From Rickettsiales bacterium UBA2645 (GTDB lineage: Bacteria > Pseudomonadota > Alphaproteobacteria > Rickettsiales > UBA1997), in NCBI GenBank assembly GCA_002359655.1, contig DENL01000035.1, forward strand, positions 13,105-77,104: a stretch of 64,000 nt of DNA, in the 5' to 3' direction. This document shows positions 55,582 through 64,000 of this stretch, piece by piece. Position numbers and translations under genes: made by a program. Each line of letters begins with the position of its first letter. The first letter of the stretch is position 1. The notes under the pieces are model-generated. The model had not been told where the DNA came from. It saw nothing but the letters and a program-made list of their open reading frames with translations, and did no database searches.

Positions 55582-56439
55582 ATGAAAATTTCTGACATTT
55601 TAGCGCAAGCCAGAATTCAGTTAGAAAAATCGGGCGTGAGTAGTAGCAAATTAGATTCATTAATTCTGCTAGCTCACGCCCTTTCTTTTTCCAAAGAGCA
55701 GGTAATTTTTAATCCCGACTTTAACTTAGATCAAAATCAACAAGATAAATTTTTTAGCTTGATTAATCGTCGTACTAAACGCGAACCTGTTTCACAAATT
55801 ATTGGCAAAAGAGAATTTTACGGTCGTGATTTTTTGGTAACTTCTCGAGTACTTGATCCAAGACCAGACTCAGAAATTTTGATTGAACTAGTAATAAAAA
55901 AACTATCACCTCAGATATTTAGTCAAATCAATATTCTGGAACTAGGAAGTGGCTCCGGCTGCTTGATTATAACACTTTTAATACTTTACAAAAAAGCTCA
56001 AGCCTTTGCAGTTGACATTAGTTCTGATGCTTTGGAAATTTGCAAAAGAAACTCTGCTTTTCACCAAGTTTATGAGCGTTTACAAACTATAAAATCAGAT
56101 CTTTTTGCCGCACTTGATCCCGATAAAAAATTCGATCTGATAATCTCAAATCCACCTTATATCAAATCGCAGGATATTTTAAATTTAGAAGATGAGGTAA
56201 AAAAATTCGAACCTCATTTAGCTCTTGACGGTGGAGCTGATGGACTTGATTTCTACCGCAGAATTGCACAAGAAGCTTTTTCCTTCTTGCAAGCTAACGG
56301 CTATTTAATTGTCGAAATTGGCTTTGATCAAAAAGAAAAAGTAATAAAGATTTTTAGCGATAAAAAACTGACCTTCATCGAATCAAAACCTGATTTATCT
56401 GGTATTCAGCGTGCTTTGTGTTTCCAAAAAATTAACTAA
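55582..56439 (+). CDS. prmC: Release-factor glutamine methyltransferase
   Basis: It has the SAM motif LELGSGSG and the NPPY motif. Confidence 0.9.
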   Translation: MKISDILAQARIQLEKSGVSSSKLDSLILLAHALSFSKEQVIFNPDFNLDQNQQDKFFSLINRRTKREPVSQIIGKREFYGRDFLVTSRVLDPRPDSEILIELVIKKLSPQIFSQINILELGSGSGCLIITLLILYKKAQAFAVDISSDALEICKRNSAFHQVYERLQTIKSDLFAALDPDKKFDLIISNPPYIKSQDILNLEDEVKKFEPHLALDGGADGLDFYRRIAQEAFSFLQANGYLIVEIGFDQKEKVIKIFSDKKLTFIESKPDLSGIQRALCFQKIN

Positions 56440-56440
56440 A

Positions 56441-57289
56441 ATGTTAGTCATTAAAGAAATTTCTAAAATCAGATCTCGCTTAAAAGATGAAAAAAAATCA
56501 GACAAAAAAATTGCTTTTGTGCCAACAATGGGAGCTCTGCATGATGGTCACTTAGCTTTAATTAAAAAAGCTCAAGAATCTGCTGAAGTTGTGGTTGTGA
56601 GTATTTTTATTAACAAGACGCAATTTAATGATCCAAATGATTATAAAAATTATCCGCGCCAAATTGATAAAGATTTAGAAAAGCTAAAAAATTGCCAAGT
56701 TGATTATGTATTTTTACCAGAAGATGGTGAGATGTTTGATCAATATTTTTCACACAAAATTATTCCAACTCAACTAACTGATTGTCTTTGCGGTCAGAAG
56801 CGTTTGGGACATTTTGAAGGTGTAGCTTTAATCATTACCAAGCTGTTTAATATTATTGATCCCGACATCGCAATTTTTGGTCAGAAGGATTTTCAGCAAT
56901 TAGCGATTATTAAAAAACTTGTCAGTGATCTAAATTTCGATGTTGAAATTTATGGATTAGAAACATTGCGCGAAAGCAGTGGATTAGCAATGTCATCACG
57001 AAATCAAAGATTATCAGAATCCGATAAAGTTAAAGCTGCAGAAATATTTTTTGCTTTAAATGAAATAAAAAACGAAGTTATAAAATCTCCGCAAAATTTG
57101 GAAAAAATTTTACAAAGTCATAATAAAAAATTACTAGAAAGTGGCTTTGAAAAAATTGATTATTTAGAGATTCGTCAAGAAAAAGATCTACAACTTGTTA
57201 CAAATTTTTATCGTTGCGAGCCTTCTCGTATCTTTATTGCAGCTTATTTGAACGGAATCAGATTAATTGATAATTTACAACTAACATGA
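56441..57289 (+). CDS. panC: Pantoate-beta-alanine ligase
   Basis: VPTMGALHDGHL and FGQKDFQQ are present. The ATG is at 56441. Confidence 0.9.
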   Translation: MLVIKEISKIRSRLKDEKKSDKKIAFVPTMGALHDGHLALIKKAQESAEVVVVSIFINKTQFNDPNDYKNYPRQIDKDLEKLKNCQVDYVFLPEDGEMFDQYFSHKIIPTQLTDCLCGQKRLGHFEGVALIITKLFNIIDPDIAIFGQKDFQQLAIIKKLVSDLNFDVEIYGLETLRESSGLAMSSRNQRLSESDKVKAAEIFFALNEIKNEVIKSPQNLEKILQSHNKKLLESGFEKIDYLEIRQEKDLQLVTNFYRCEPSRIFIAAYLNGIRLIDNLQLT

Positions 57290-58308
57290 CAACTTACCTT
57301 ATTCTCAGCAACGCTATTTTTGTAATATTATTTTTACTGATTTTGTTTGAATATTTTGCATTAAAAAAATCTTCCAACAAAGAAATTGCATCTCATCTTG
57401 AAAGAATTAGCGACACAGAAAAGCGTTTAACTCAAGTGCTTACAGATGAGAATAAAAAATCTGAATTACTAATCGCGCAAATTTCTGAAATAAGAAAAGA
57501 AAAAGAACAAGAAGCAAAATTACGCTTTGAAGCTGAAAAACAGATTAATTTGGCTATTCAAAAATCGGAAGACCTTCAAAAAAGAATGATGGATTGGAAA
57601 GCTGCACAAGAGTCAGTGATGCAAGATGCTCAAAATGCTATTTTTAAAGTTGGCGAAGATCTTTATGAGAGACTCAGCGAGGATTACTTAGATGAAATCA
57701 AAAATAATCAAAATTTGTTTGAGCAAATCTTGAGACAAAACACAGCAGCTGATAAAAAAGAAGAAAAGAAAAGTTCTGATAACACTGAAATTTTTAAAAC
57801 CAACAACCGAGAAAATTTAGCTGAGAATAAAAAATCTCGCGAAGATATTTCTAAAAAACTTCTTAATCAGCTGAAAGAATCAATGATCAACTCCGAACAT
57901 ATTGAAGGAGAGCAATATTTCTTAAACAGCAGTTTCGAAGCCGATAAATCAAAATTATTCCTATGCGAAGCAGCCTTCTTACAAGATGAAAATCTTTATA
58001 TTCTAGATTTCAAAGGCTGTAATTTTTTAGATGAATATAATCAATCTGCAGACAAATCTTCAGCACAAAAATCCTTGGAACAAAAGCTTGATAAATATGT
58101 GGCTTACTTAGGAAATCCAAAATATCGCGAAGCAATTTTGAAAGCGGTAAATTCAAAAAACGTAAAATTTGAAACTGGCGACATAATATTTGTTGTTGCT
58201 TCAGAGTCTGAAATAACCCTTCTCGAATCAACTGGCTATTTAGAAAAACTAGAAAATTCAAATGTTAAGATTGCCACTTTTGAAGAAATTATCGACCTAA
58301 CTTTATAA
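57286..58308 (+). CDS. Membrane-anchored coiled-coil protein, possibly a divergent RmuC-like protein
   Basis: It has an N-terminal TM segment, a long coiled coil and a C-terminal block ...LYILDFKGCNFLDEY...YLGNPKY...IIFVVASE, which is loosely RmuC-like. Its start overlaps the panC stop as ATGA. Confidence 0.35.
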   Translation: MTTYLILSNAIFVILFLLILFEYFALKKSSNKEIASHLERISDTEKRLTQVLTDENKKSELLIAQISEIRKEKEQEAKLRFEAEKQINLAIQKSEDLQKRMMDWKAAQESVMQDAQNAIFKVGEDLYERLSEDYLDEIKNNQNLFEQILRQNTAADKKEEKKSSDNTEIFKTNNRENLAENKKSREDISKKLLNQLKESMINSEHIEGEQYFLNSSFEADKSKLFLCEAAFLQDENLYILDFKGCNFLDEYNQSADKSSAQKSLEQKLDKYVAYLGNPKYREAILKAVNSKNVKFETGDIIFVVASESEITLLESTGYLEKLENSNVKIATFEEIIDLTL

Positions 58309-58318
58309 AATTACGACC

Positions 58319-58579
58319 ATGAATTTACCTAAAATTGCAGCAAAAAATCCTTTTCCAGTTGAGGTTGAGCAAGATAAAAAATATTTTTGGTGCTCATGCG
58401 GATTATCACAGAAACAGCCTTTTTGCGATGGCGCTCACAAAGCTTATAAAAATGAAGATGGCAGCAGTCTGATGAAATCAATCTCTTTTACAGCAACTGA
58501 GAATAAAACGGTTTTCCTTTGCGGCTGTAAGCACAGTAAAAATCCCCCTTTCTGTGATGGAACTCACTCTTCTTGCTAG
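58319..58579 (+). CDS. CDGSH-type iron-sulfur domain protein (two CDGSH motifs)
   Basis: The motifs CSCGLSQKQPFCDGAH and CGCKHSKNPPFCDGTH are present. Confidence 0.85.
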   Translation: MNLPKIAAKNPFPVEVEQDKKYFWCSCGLSQKQPFCDGAHKAYKNEDGSSLMKSISFTATENKTVFLCGCKHSKNPPFCDGTHSSC

Positions 58580-58584
58580 AAATA

Positions 58585-60342
58585 ATGGAAGAAAAATCAG
58601 CAAAACTACAAAACCTGTTTGCTCTTCTAACCTTCTTTAAGCCTTATCGTCGCCAAACATTTTTTGCTTTTTTAGCTCTACTTATAACCGCTTTGATGGT
58701 TTTATTTTTTGGTAAAATTATCAAATACATAATTGATTACGGCTTTGTTAAGCAAGATCAACATTTACTAAATTTATCATTATTTGCCTTCATTATCGCA
58801 GTAATAATTATGGCCGTTGCTGGCTATTATCGCTCTTCGCTGATTAACTCTGTCGCTGAAAAAGTAATCGCTGATTTACGAAAAAAAGTTTATAATCACA
58901 TTATTCATGTCTCGAGCGAATTTTTTGAAATCACCAAAAGCGGTGATGTAGTTTCGCGCCTCACTGTTGATACAGCGCTACTCTATGAAACTTTGAGCAG
59001 CACCATTTCATTTTTATTACGCAATTCGCTTTTTTTTGTTGGCGGAATTTGTTTGTTATTTTTCACCAGCGTCAAACTTGGATTACTCACAATGCTAATA
59101 ATTCCATTAGCAATCGCGCCAGTTATTTTTATGGGTAAGTCTGTAAAAAATCTTTCAAAACATTCGCAAGCAGCTTTAGCAGAAGTTGGATCACATATTG
59201 AAGAAAGCATTAACGGCATCAAAACTATTCAATCTTATTTATGCGAAGAAAAAGAAAGTCGTAATTTTTCTGGCTTTATCGACAATGCTTTGAAAATTTC
59301 TTTAGAAAAAATTCGCCTCAAATCTTTGATGGTTGCCTTAGTAATAACTTTTGCTTTTGGCGGAATTGCGCTTGTTTTAGTTTGTGGCGGCAATGATGTC
59401 ATTAGTGGTAAAATGACTTCAGGTGCTTTGTCTTCTTTTATTTTTTATTCGATAATCACCGCCACTTCTTTAGTTTCTCTAAGTCAAATTGCTGGACAAT
59501 TACAAACCGCCTCTGCCGCTTCTGCAAGAATTTTTGAACTTCTAAAAATCGATTCTCCAGTCAAAGAAGTCAAAGATCCGCAGCCATTTTCTTTAAGCAA
59601 AGAAATTAACATTAAATTCGAAAATGTTAATTTTTCTTATCCAAGTCGCCGCGAAAATTTGGTACTTAGAAATTTTAATTTGGAAATAAAACCGCGAGAA
59701 AAAATTGCTATCGTCGGATCAAGCGGAGCTGGTAAAAGCACGATTCTACAGCTTTTACTGCGTTTTTATGATATTAATTCTGGCATTATTTCTCTTAATA
59801 ATCGCGATATTAATTTACTTTCATTTTCTGATTTAAGAAAAAATTTCTCTTACATTTCGCAAGATTGTTTTATTTTTTCTGGTACAATTTTTGAAAACAT
59901 CGCTTACGCAGATAAATCAACCACCAAGGCTCAAGTTGAGAAAATAATTTCCGAAAACTCCGCGCTGCATTTTATCAATAATTTACCAGAAAAAATTGAT
60001 AATTTTGTTGGAGAAAAAGGTATTAAACTTTCGGGAGGACAACGCCAAAGAATTGCCATTGCACGCTCTATTATCAAAGATTCGCCGATTTTACTTTTAG
60101 ATGAAGCGACTTCAGCACTTGATAATCAGAATGAAAAAGTCATTGCTCAAGCAATTGCTGATTTAGCGCAAGACAAAACTACCATAACCATTGCACACCG
60201 CTTATCATCAATCATCAATGCTGATAGAATTATTTTTATTAAAGATGGTAATATCGCCGAAATCGGCTCACATCAAGACTTGATAGCTCGCAATGGATTT
60301 TACAAAAAAATGTACGAAGCAGAAATTTTAGAGATAATATAA
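58585..60342 (+). CDS. ABC exporter, fused permease/ATPase (MsbA/ABCB-like)
   Basis: It has a 6-TM domain plus an NBD with GSSGAGKST, LSGGQRQR and LLLDEATSALD. Confidence 0.9.
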   Translation: MEEKSAKLQNLFALLTFFKPYRRQTFFAFLALLITALMVLFFGKIIKYIIDYGFVKQDQHLLNLSLFAFIIAVIIMAVAGYYRSSLINSVAEKVIADLRKKVYNHIIHVSSEFFEITKSGDVVSRLTVDTALLYETLSSTISFLLRNSLFFVGGICLLFFTSVKLGLLTMLIIPLAIAPVIFMGKSVKNLSKHSQAALAEVGSHIEESINGIKTIQSYLCEEKESRNFSGFIDNALKISLEKIRLKSLMVALVITFAFGGIALVLVCGGNDVISGKMTSGALSSFIFYSIITATSLVSLSQIAGQLQTASAASARIFELLKIDSPVKEVKDPQPFSLSKEINIKFENVNFSYPSRRENLVLRNFNLEIKPREKIAIVGSSGAGKSTILQLLLRFYDINSGIISLNNRDINLLSFSDLRKNFSYISQDCFIFSGTIFENIAYADKSTTKAQVEKIISENSALHFINNLPEKIDNFVGEKGIKLSGGQRQRIAIARSIIKDSPILLLDEATSALDNQNEKVIAQAIADLAQDKTTITIAHRLSSIINADRIIFIKDGNIAEIGSHQDLIARNGFYKKMYEAEILEII

Positions 60343-60345
60343 AAT

Positions 60346-61836
60346 CTAGTGATCTTTCCAACCAACTCGCTTCAAGAAAAATTCGTAAGAATCCTCAAAG
60401 GTAAAGGTTTTGTTATCGTCAAAAATAATTAATTTATTAGCAATTTCGCGCAAGAAATGTTCATCATGCGTAACAGTTACAACCGCGCCCTCGAAGCTTT
60501 TAATGGCTTCAAGCAAAGATTCACAAGATTCCATATCTAAGTGATTTGTTGGCTCATCTAGAAGAAGTAAATTTGCGCCTTTCAATAAAATTTTTCCAAG
60601 CATCACGCGACTTTTTTCTCCACCAGAAAGTACGCCGATTTTTTTATTTGCCAAATCAGAGGAAAACATCATATTGCCGCAAACCTGACGCACTCTGGTT
60701 ATAGGAAGTTTTTCATCAACTTTTTGTAACTCTTCGTAAACCGAACGATTATTATCAAGACGATCAATATTCATTTGACCAAAATAGCCAATTTCAGTTT
60801 TGCCATTAACTTTGATATTGCCATAAAGCGGCAAGTTATCTTGCGTTAGAAGCTTGAGCAAAGTTGATTTACCTTTGCCGTTTTTTCCGATCACACAAAT
60901 TTTGTCACCGTTGGCAATTTTAAAAGAGAGATTTTTAATCAATAAATGTTCGGGATTATAGCCAAAAGCCAGTGCTTCAGCCTCAACCATATTTTCTTTG
61001 CTGGCATAAAGATTGTGATTAAATTTAAAATCCAGCGTTTGCACATGTTCTAATTTTTCTTTCACATCTTGTTTTTCGAGCATCTTTACACGTGATTGCA
61101 CTCGGCTCGCTTGACTTGCTTTTGAGCCAAAACGATCAATCCATTCTTGAGTTTTTTGTCTTTGTTTATCTTCGTTGATGCGAGTTTTTTCGTAAATTTC
61201 TTCTTCAGCAGCAATTTTTTCACGAACACCTTGAGTGTTTCCCGGAACCTTTTTAAAGCCTTTGCGATGAATTACTAAAGTGTGAGAAATCACGTCATCC
61301 ATGAATCCGCGGTCATGCGTGATTAAAATTAATTCGCCTTCCCATTCGCGTAAAAATTCTTTCAACCAGCGAATTGAGTGAATATCGAGATAGTTTGTCG
61401 GCTCGTCCAAAAGCAACATTTGTGGTTCAACCAAAAGCAATTTGGCTAAATTTAATTTTACTTGAAATCCGCCAGAAAATTTTTTCGGATCTTTGTAGAG
61501 GTCATCGTAAGTAAAGCCTAAGCCATATAAAATATTTTCACCTTTCCAGCCCTCGTGTTCGCGATCCTGAGGCAAGACTGAGCAAATTTCGTCTAAAACT
61601 GTTTCGTGAGTAAAGCTAATATGTTGTTCTAAATGTCCAATGCGATAACCACGCGGAATTTCTACCGTGCCCGAATCAGGTTCTAATTTTTTTAAAATTA
61701 ATTTTAAAAAAGTTGATTTGCCACTGCCATTGCGCCCAATCAAGCCAACCTTTTCACGTCCATTAATGATAAAATTTCCGTCGGTAAAAACATCGTGTCC
61801 GGAAAATGAAATAGATAAATCTTTAACTCTGATCAC
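60346..61836 (-). CDS. ABC-F family ATPase (two tandem NBDs, no TM domain)
   Basis: It has GRNGSGKST and GKNGKGKST Walker A motifs, two signature motifs and an inter-domain linker. Confidence 0.9.
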   Translation of the reverse strand: MIRVKDLSISFSGHDVFTDGNFIINGREKVGLIGRNGSGKSTFLKLILKKLEPDSGTVEIPRGYRIGHLEQHISFTHETVLDEICSVLPQDREHEGWKGENILYGLGFTYDDLYKDPKKFSGGFQVKLNLAKLLLVEPQMLLLDEPTNYLDIHSIRWLKEFLREWEGELILITHDRGFMDDVISHTLVIHRKGFKKVPGNTQGVREKIAAEEEIYEKTRINEDKQRQKTQEWIDRFGSKASQASRVQSRVKMLEKQDVKEKLEHVQTLDFKFNHNLYASKENMVEAEALAFGYNPEHLLIKNLSFKIANGDKICVIGKNGKGKSTLLKLLTQDNLPLYGNIKVNGKTEIGYFGQMNIDRLDNNRSVYEELQKVDEKLPITRVRQVCGNMMFSSDLANKKIGVLSGGEKSRVMLGKILLKGANLLLLDEPTNHLDMESCESLLEAIKSFEGAVVTVTHDEHFLREIANKLIIFDDNKTFTFEDSYEFFLKRVGWKDH

Positions 61837-61876
61837 TGTTTAAATTTTTTTAAGGATTAAAAATAGCTGAAGAAAA

Positions 61877-62860
61877 TTATTCAACTTGCGCAATCGCGGA
61901 TAAAATCCAATTAGCCGAAGAGTTGTATCTTACAAAAGTCCAAGCTTCTGAAGTAATAACCAAATTTCTATTGCCGCCCTCAACAATATAATCTGCATCT
62001 TGCGGATTTTTGTTTAGATTAATCATGTAATCAAAAGCTGACCACTCAATAATTGCAGTAGCATATTGCATTTCATCTTCTTGCCAAGATTCAGTGATGT
62101 TGATCATCGTCACATCAACTTCTTCAACTTTATTGGCGATACCTTGGCTAATATTTTGTGATAGAGAATCAGAAAAATATTTGGCCATTTCTGGCGTTGT
62201 TAATCTTTTTAAACTATCGATATCTTGATTTGACCAAGCATTTTGTACATTGATTAGAAGCTCTTTAAATTTGATTTTTTCTGATTCTGCTAAGTTGATA
62301 TTAATCACTGGCGTTTGAGAAAAATTAGATCCATTGCCAGAAGCGTTAGATATGTTTGAAGCATTGTAAGTAGAATTTCTGGTCATCTTTCTGATTAAGA
62401 AAAAAACAGCAAAAGCACTAAGAGCCATTAAAATTAAATTAATCAAAAATCCACCGCCACTTGCTCCCATACCACCAAAGCCAGAATTACCAAACAACAT
62501 ATGTCCAAGCCAAGATCCAGCCAGAACTGCACCAACTGTAGTTAAGAAAGGATTGCGTTGAAAAAAATTGGCTGCGCGATTTGGTCCAGCATTTTGCTGA
62601 TTTTGTGCATTAGTTGTATTTTGACTGGCAGAATTTTTATCAGAATTTTGTTTAGCTGATTTTTGCATCGGTGCGTAATTTTTACCATTAGAGCCACCAC
62701 CTTCAAAAGTACGACTTCCTCTTGAACCTTGATTAAAATGCGATGTTGAAGAGCGACCCGAGCCAAAAGATGAGCGGCCGCCAGCTCTAGCAAAAACTTC
62801 TTGGATACTGTTAAATAAAAATACAAAAGTGACTATGAGAACAGATATTTTTTTAAACAT
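61877..62860 (-). CDS. Tim44-like domain protein with a Gly/Ser/Asn-rich N-terminal region
   Basis: It has a signal/TM segment, low-complexity GGRSSFGSGRSS..., a TM segment and a C-terminal Tim44-like fold pattern (WTFVR...W.L..I). Confidence 0.65.
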   Translation of the reverse strand: MFKKISVLIVTFVFLFNSIQEVFARAGGRSSFGSGRSSTSHFNQGSRGSRTFEGGGSNGKNYAPMQKSAKQNSDKNSASQNTTNAQNQQNAGPNRAANFFQRNPFLTTVGAVLAGSWLGHMLFGNSGFGGMGASGGGFLINLILMALSAFAVFFLIRKMTRNSTYNASNISNASGNGSNFSQTPVININLAESEKIKFKELLINVQNAWSNQDIDSLKRLTTPEMAKYFSDSLSQNISQGIANKVEEVDVTMINITESWQEDEMQYATAIIEWSAFDYMINLNKNPQDADYIVEGGNRNLVITSEAWTFVRYNSSANWILSAIAQVE

Positions 62861-62962
62861 TTTAAGCGGATTTTGTTTGGTTATTAATAAAAAATTTCAC
62901 TAAATTTTGCTTATCTAATCTAGATTAGAGCGACTTATTTTTATAATTCTAAGCACAATTTT

Positions 62963-63340
62963 ATGAACTTAAAAAAATTAACTGAAGCAGAAGCTCGCGT
63001 AATATTGCATAAAGGCACCGAGGCTCCTTTTACTGGTGAGTTTTATAAAAAACCAAATCAGGAAGGTAAATATCTTTGCAAACAATGCGGAGCCGAGCTT
63101 TTTTCAACCGCTGATCAATTCAATTCACATTGTGGTTGGCCAAGTTTTGACGATGAAACTCCAAGCTCAGTAAAAAAAGTTACAGATGCAGATGGTCGCA
63201 GAACTGAAATTTTATGCCAAAAATGTGATGGGCATTTAGGGCATATTTTTCACGGCGAAGGATTTACTAAAAAAGATGCGCGCTATTGCGTAAATTCCAT
63301 TTCGCTAGATTTTGTCAAACTAAAATCTAGCGAGAAGTAA
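62963..63340 (+). CDS. msrB: Peptide-methionine (R)-S-oxide reductase
   Basis: It has two CxxC zinc motifs and the catalytic RYCVNS. Confidence 0.9.
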   Translation: MNLKKLTEAEARVILHKGTEAPFTGEFYKKPNQEGKYLCKQCGAELFSTADQFNSHCGWPSFDDETPSSVKKVTDADGRRTEILCQKCDGHLGHIFHGEGFTKKDARYCVNSISLDFVKLKSSEK

Positions 63341-63346
63341 AATCAA

Positions 63347-64000
63347 CTACAAATCAAACAACAAAAATTCTGAATTTTCCTTGGCAATTATTGTTATTTC
63401 TTTCTCATTATCAATTGCAGCAGCATCTCCATTTGTAAGTATTTGATCGTTTAAAAAAATTTTTCCCGTAATCATTTGCAGCCAAATTTTTCTTTGCGGT
63501 TTGATGATAAAATTAAATTTTTTTCCAGCAGAGAATTTTGCCGAGAAAATCTCAGCATCTTGGTTTATTCGAATTGAACCATCGCGTCCCGAAGCAGATA
63601 CTACAAGTACAAAATCATTTTTTTCAAAATCTTTAGTAAAAGATTTTTGATCGTAGCGCGGTTTAATTTGTTTTAATTTTGGTAAAATCCAAATTTGTAA
63701 AAGATGAGTTTCGCGATCTTTTTCATGGTTAAATTCTGAGTGAAAAACTCCGCTTCCGGCACTCATAATTTGCAATTCGCCAGGCAGGATTGTTGAGGCG
63801 TTTCCCATTGAATCTTGATGCGAAAGCGCGCCAGAAATTACATAAGTTATAATTTCCATATCGCTATGTGGATGTTTGCCAAAGCCTTGTCCTGCTGCGA
63901 TATAATCTTCATTAATTACACGCAAATTACCAAAATGTATATGTTCTGGATCATAATAATTGGCAAAAGAAAATGTATGAAAAGATTTAAGCCAGCCATG
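63347..64000 (-). CDS. Pirin family protein (N-terminus lies beyond the window end)
   Basis: GFGKHPHSDMEIITYVISGALSHQDSMGN is the cupin metal motif. The frame stays open upstream of the track Met through to position 64000. Confidence 0.85.
   Translation of the reverse strand, partial: HGWLKSFHTFSFANYYDPEHIHFGNLRVINEDYIAAGQGFGKHPHSDMEIITYVISGALSHQDSMGNASTILPGELQIMSAGSGVFHSEFNHEKDRETHLLQIWILPKLKQIKPRYDQKSFTKDFEKNDFVLVVSASGRDGSIRINQDAEIFSAKFSAGKKFNFIIKPQRKIWLQMITGKIFLNDQILTNGDAAAIDNEKEITIIAKENSEFLLFDL

Overview
This is an AT-rich chromosomal segment whose gene content points to an alphaproteobacterium. It carries cytochrome bc1 petA-petB-petC, nuoE and nuoG at separate loci, ccmD/ccmE, BamA, a two-part PntA, a Tim44-like protein and a family-4 UDG. 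The dispersed nuo genes and the many tightly packed operons look Rickettsiales/Holosporales-like, but that placement is an inference. Most of the window is housekeeping: dut, thiC, typA, rph, rlmN, dnaJ, rdgB, rpsP, ssb, uvrA, ispA, bamA, nrdR, prfB (with its programmed +1 frameshift), lpdA, plsC, thrB, prmC, panC and msrB. There are five tRNAs (Gly-UCC, Tyr-GUA, Gln-UUG, Thr-UGU, Phe-GAA). I saw no rRNA, CRISPR array or IS transposase. The main accessory feature is a ~7.4 kb integrative island (41540-48987) inserted in tRNA-Thr(UGU). It is bounded by a perfect 47-bp direct repeat of the tRNA 3' half. It carries a tyrosine integrase, phased GGGACA arm-type repeats at both ends, an iteron-like TATCCGC array and an Xis-like/wHTH/RecA-fold ATPase module. 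Its cargo is an XRE-controlled set of secreted or lipoprotein genes of unknown function, which is my best candidate for an undescribed system. Smaller accessory patches are: a SIR2-like/DUF2188/decayed zeta-toxin patch beside tRNA-Gly at the left edge; a DUF3800 islet between thiC and typA; a RelE/RHH toxin-antitoxin pair; two dispersed pilin-like LamG paralogs; and an MGMT-like gene inside the pet operon. All calls come from reading the sequence and ORF translations. No database search was run.
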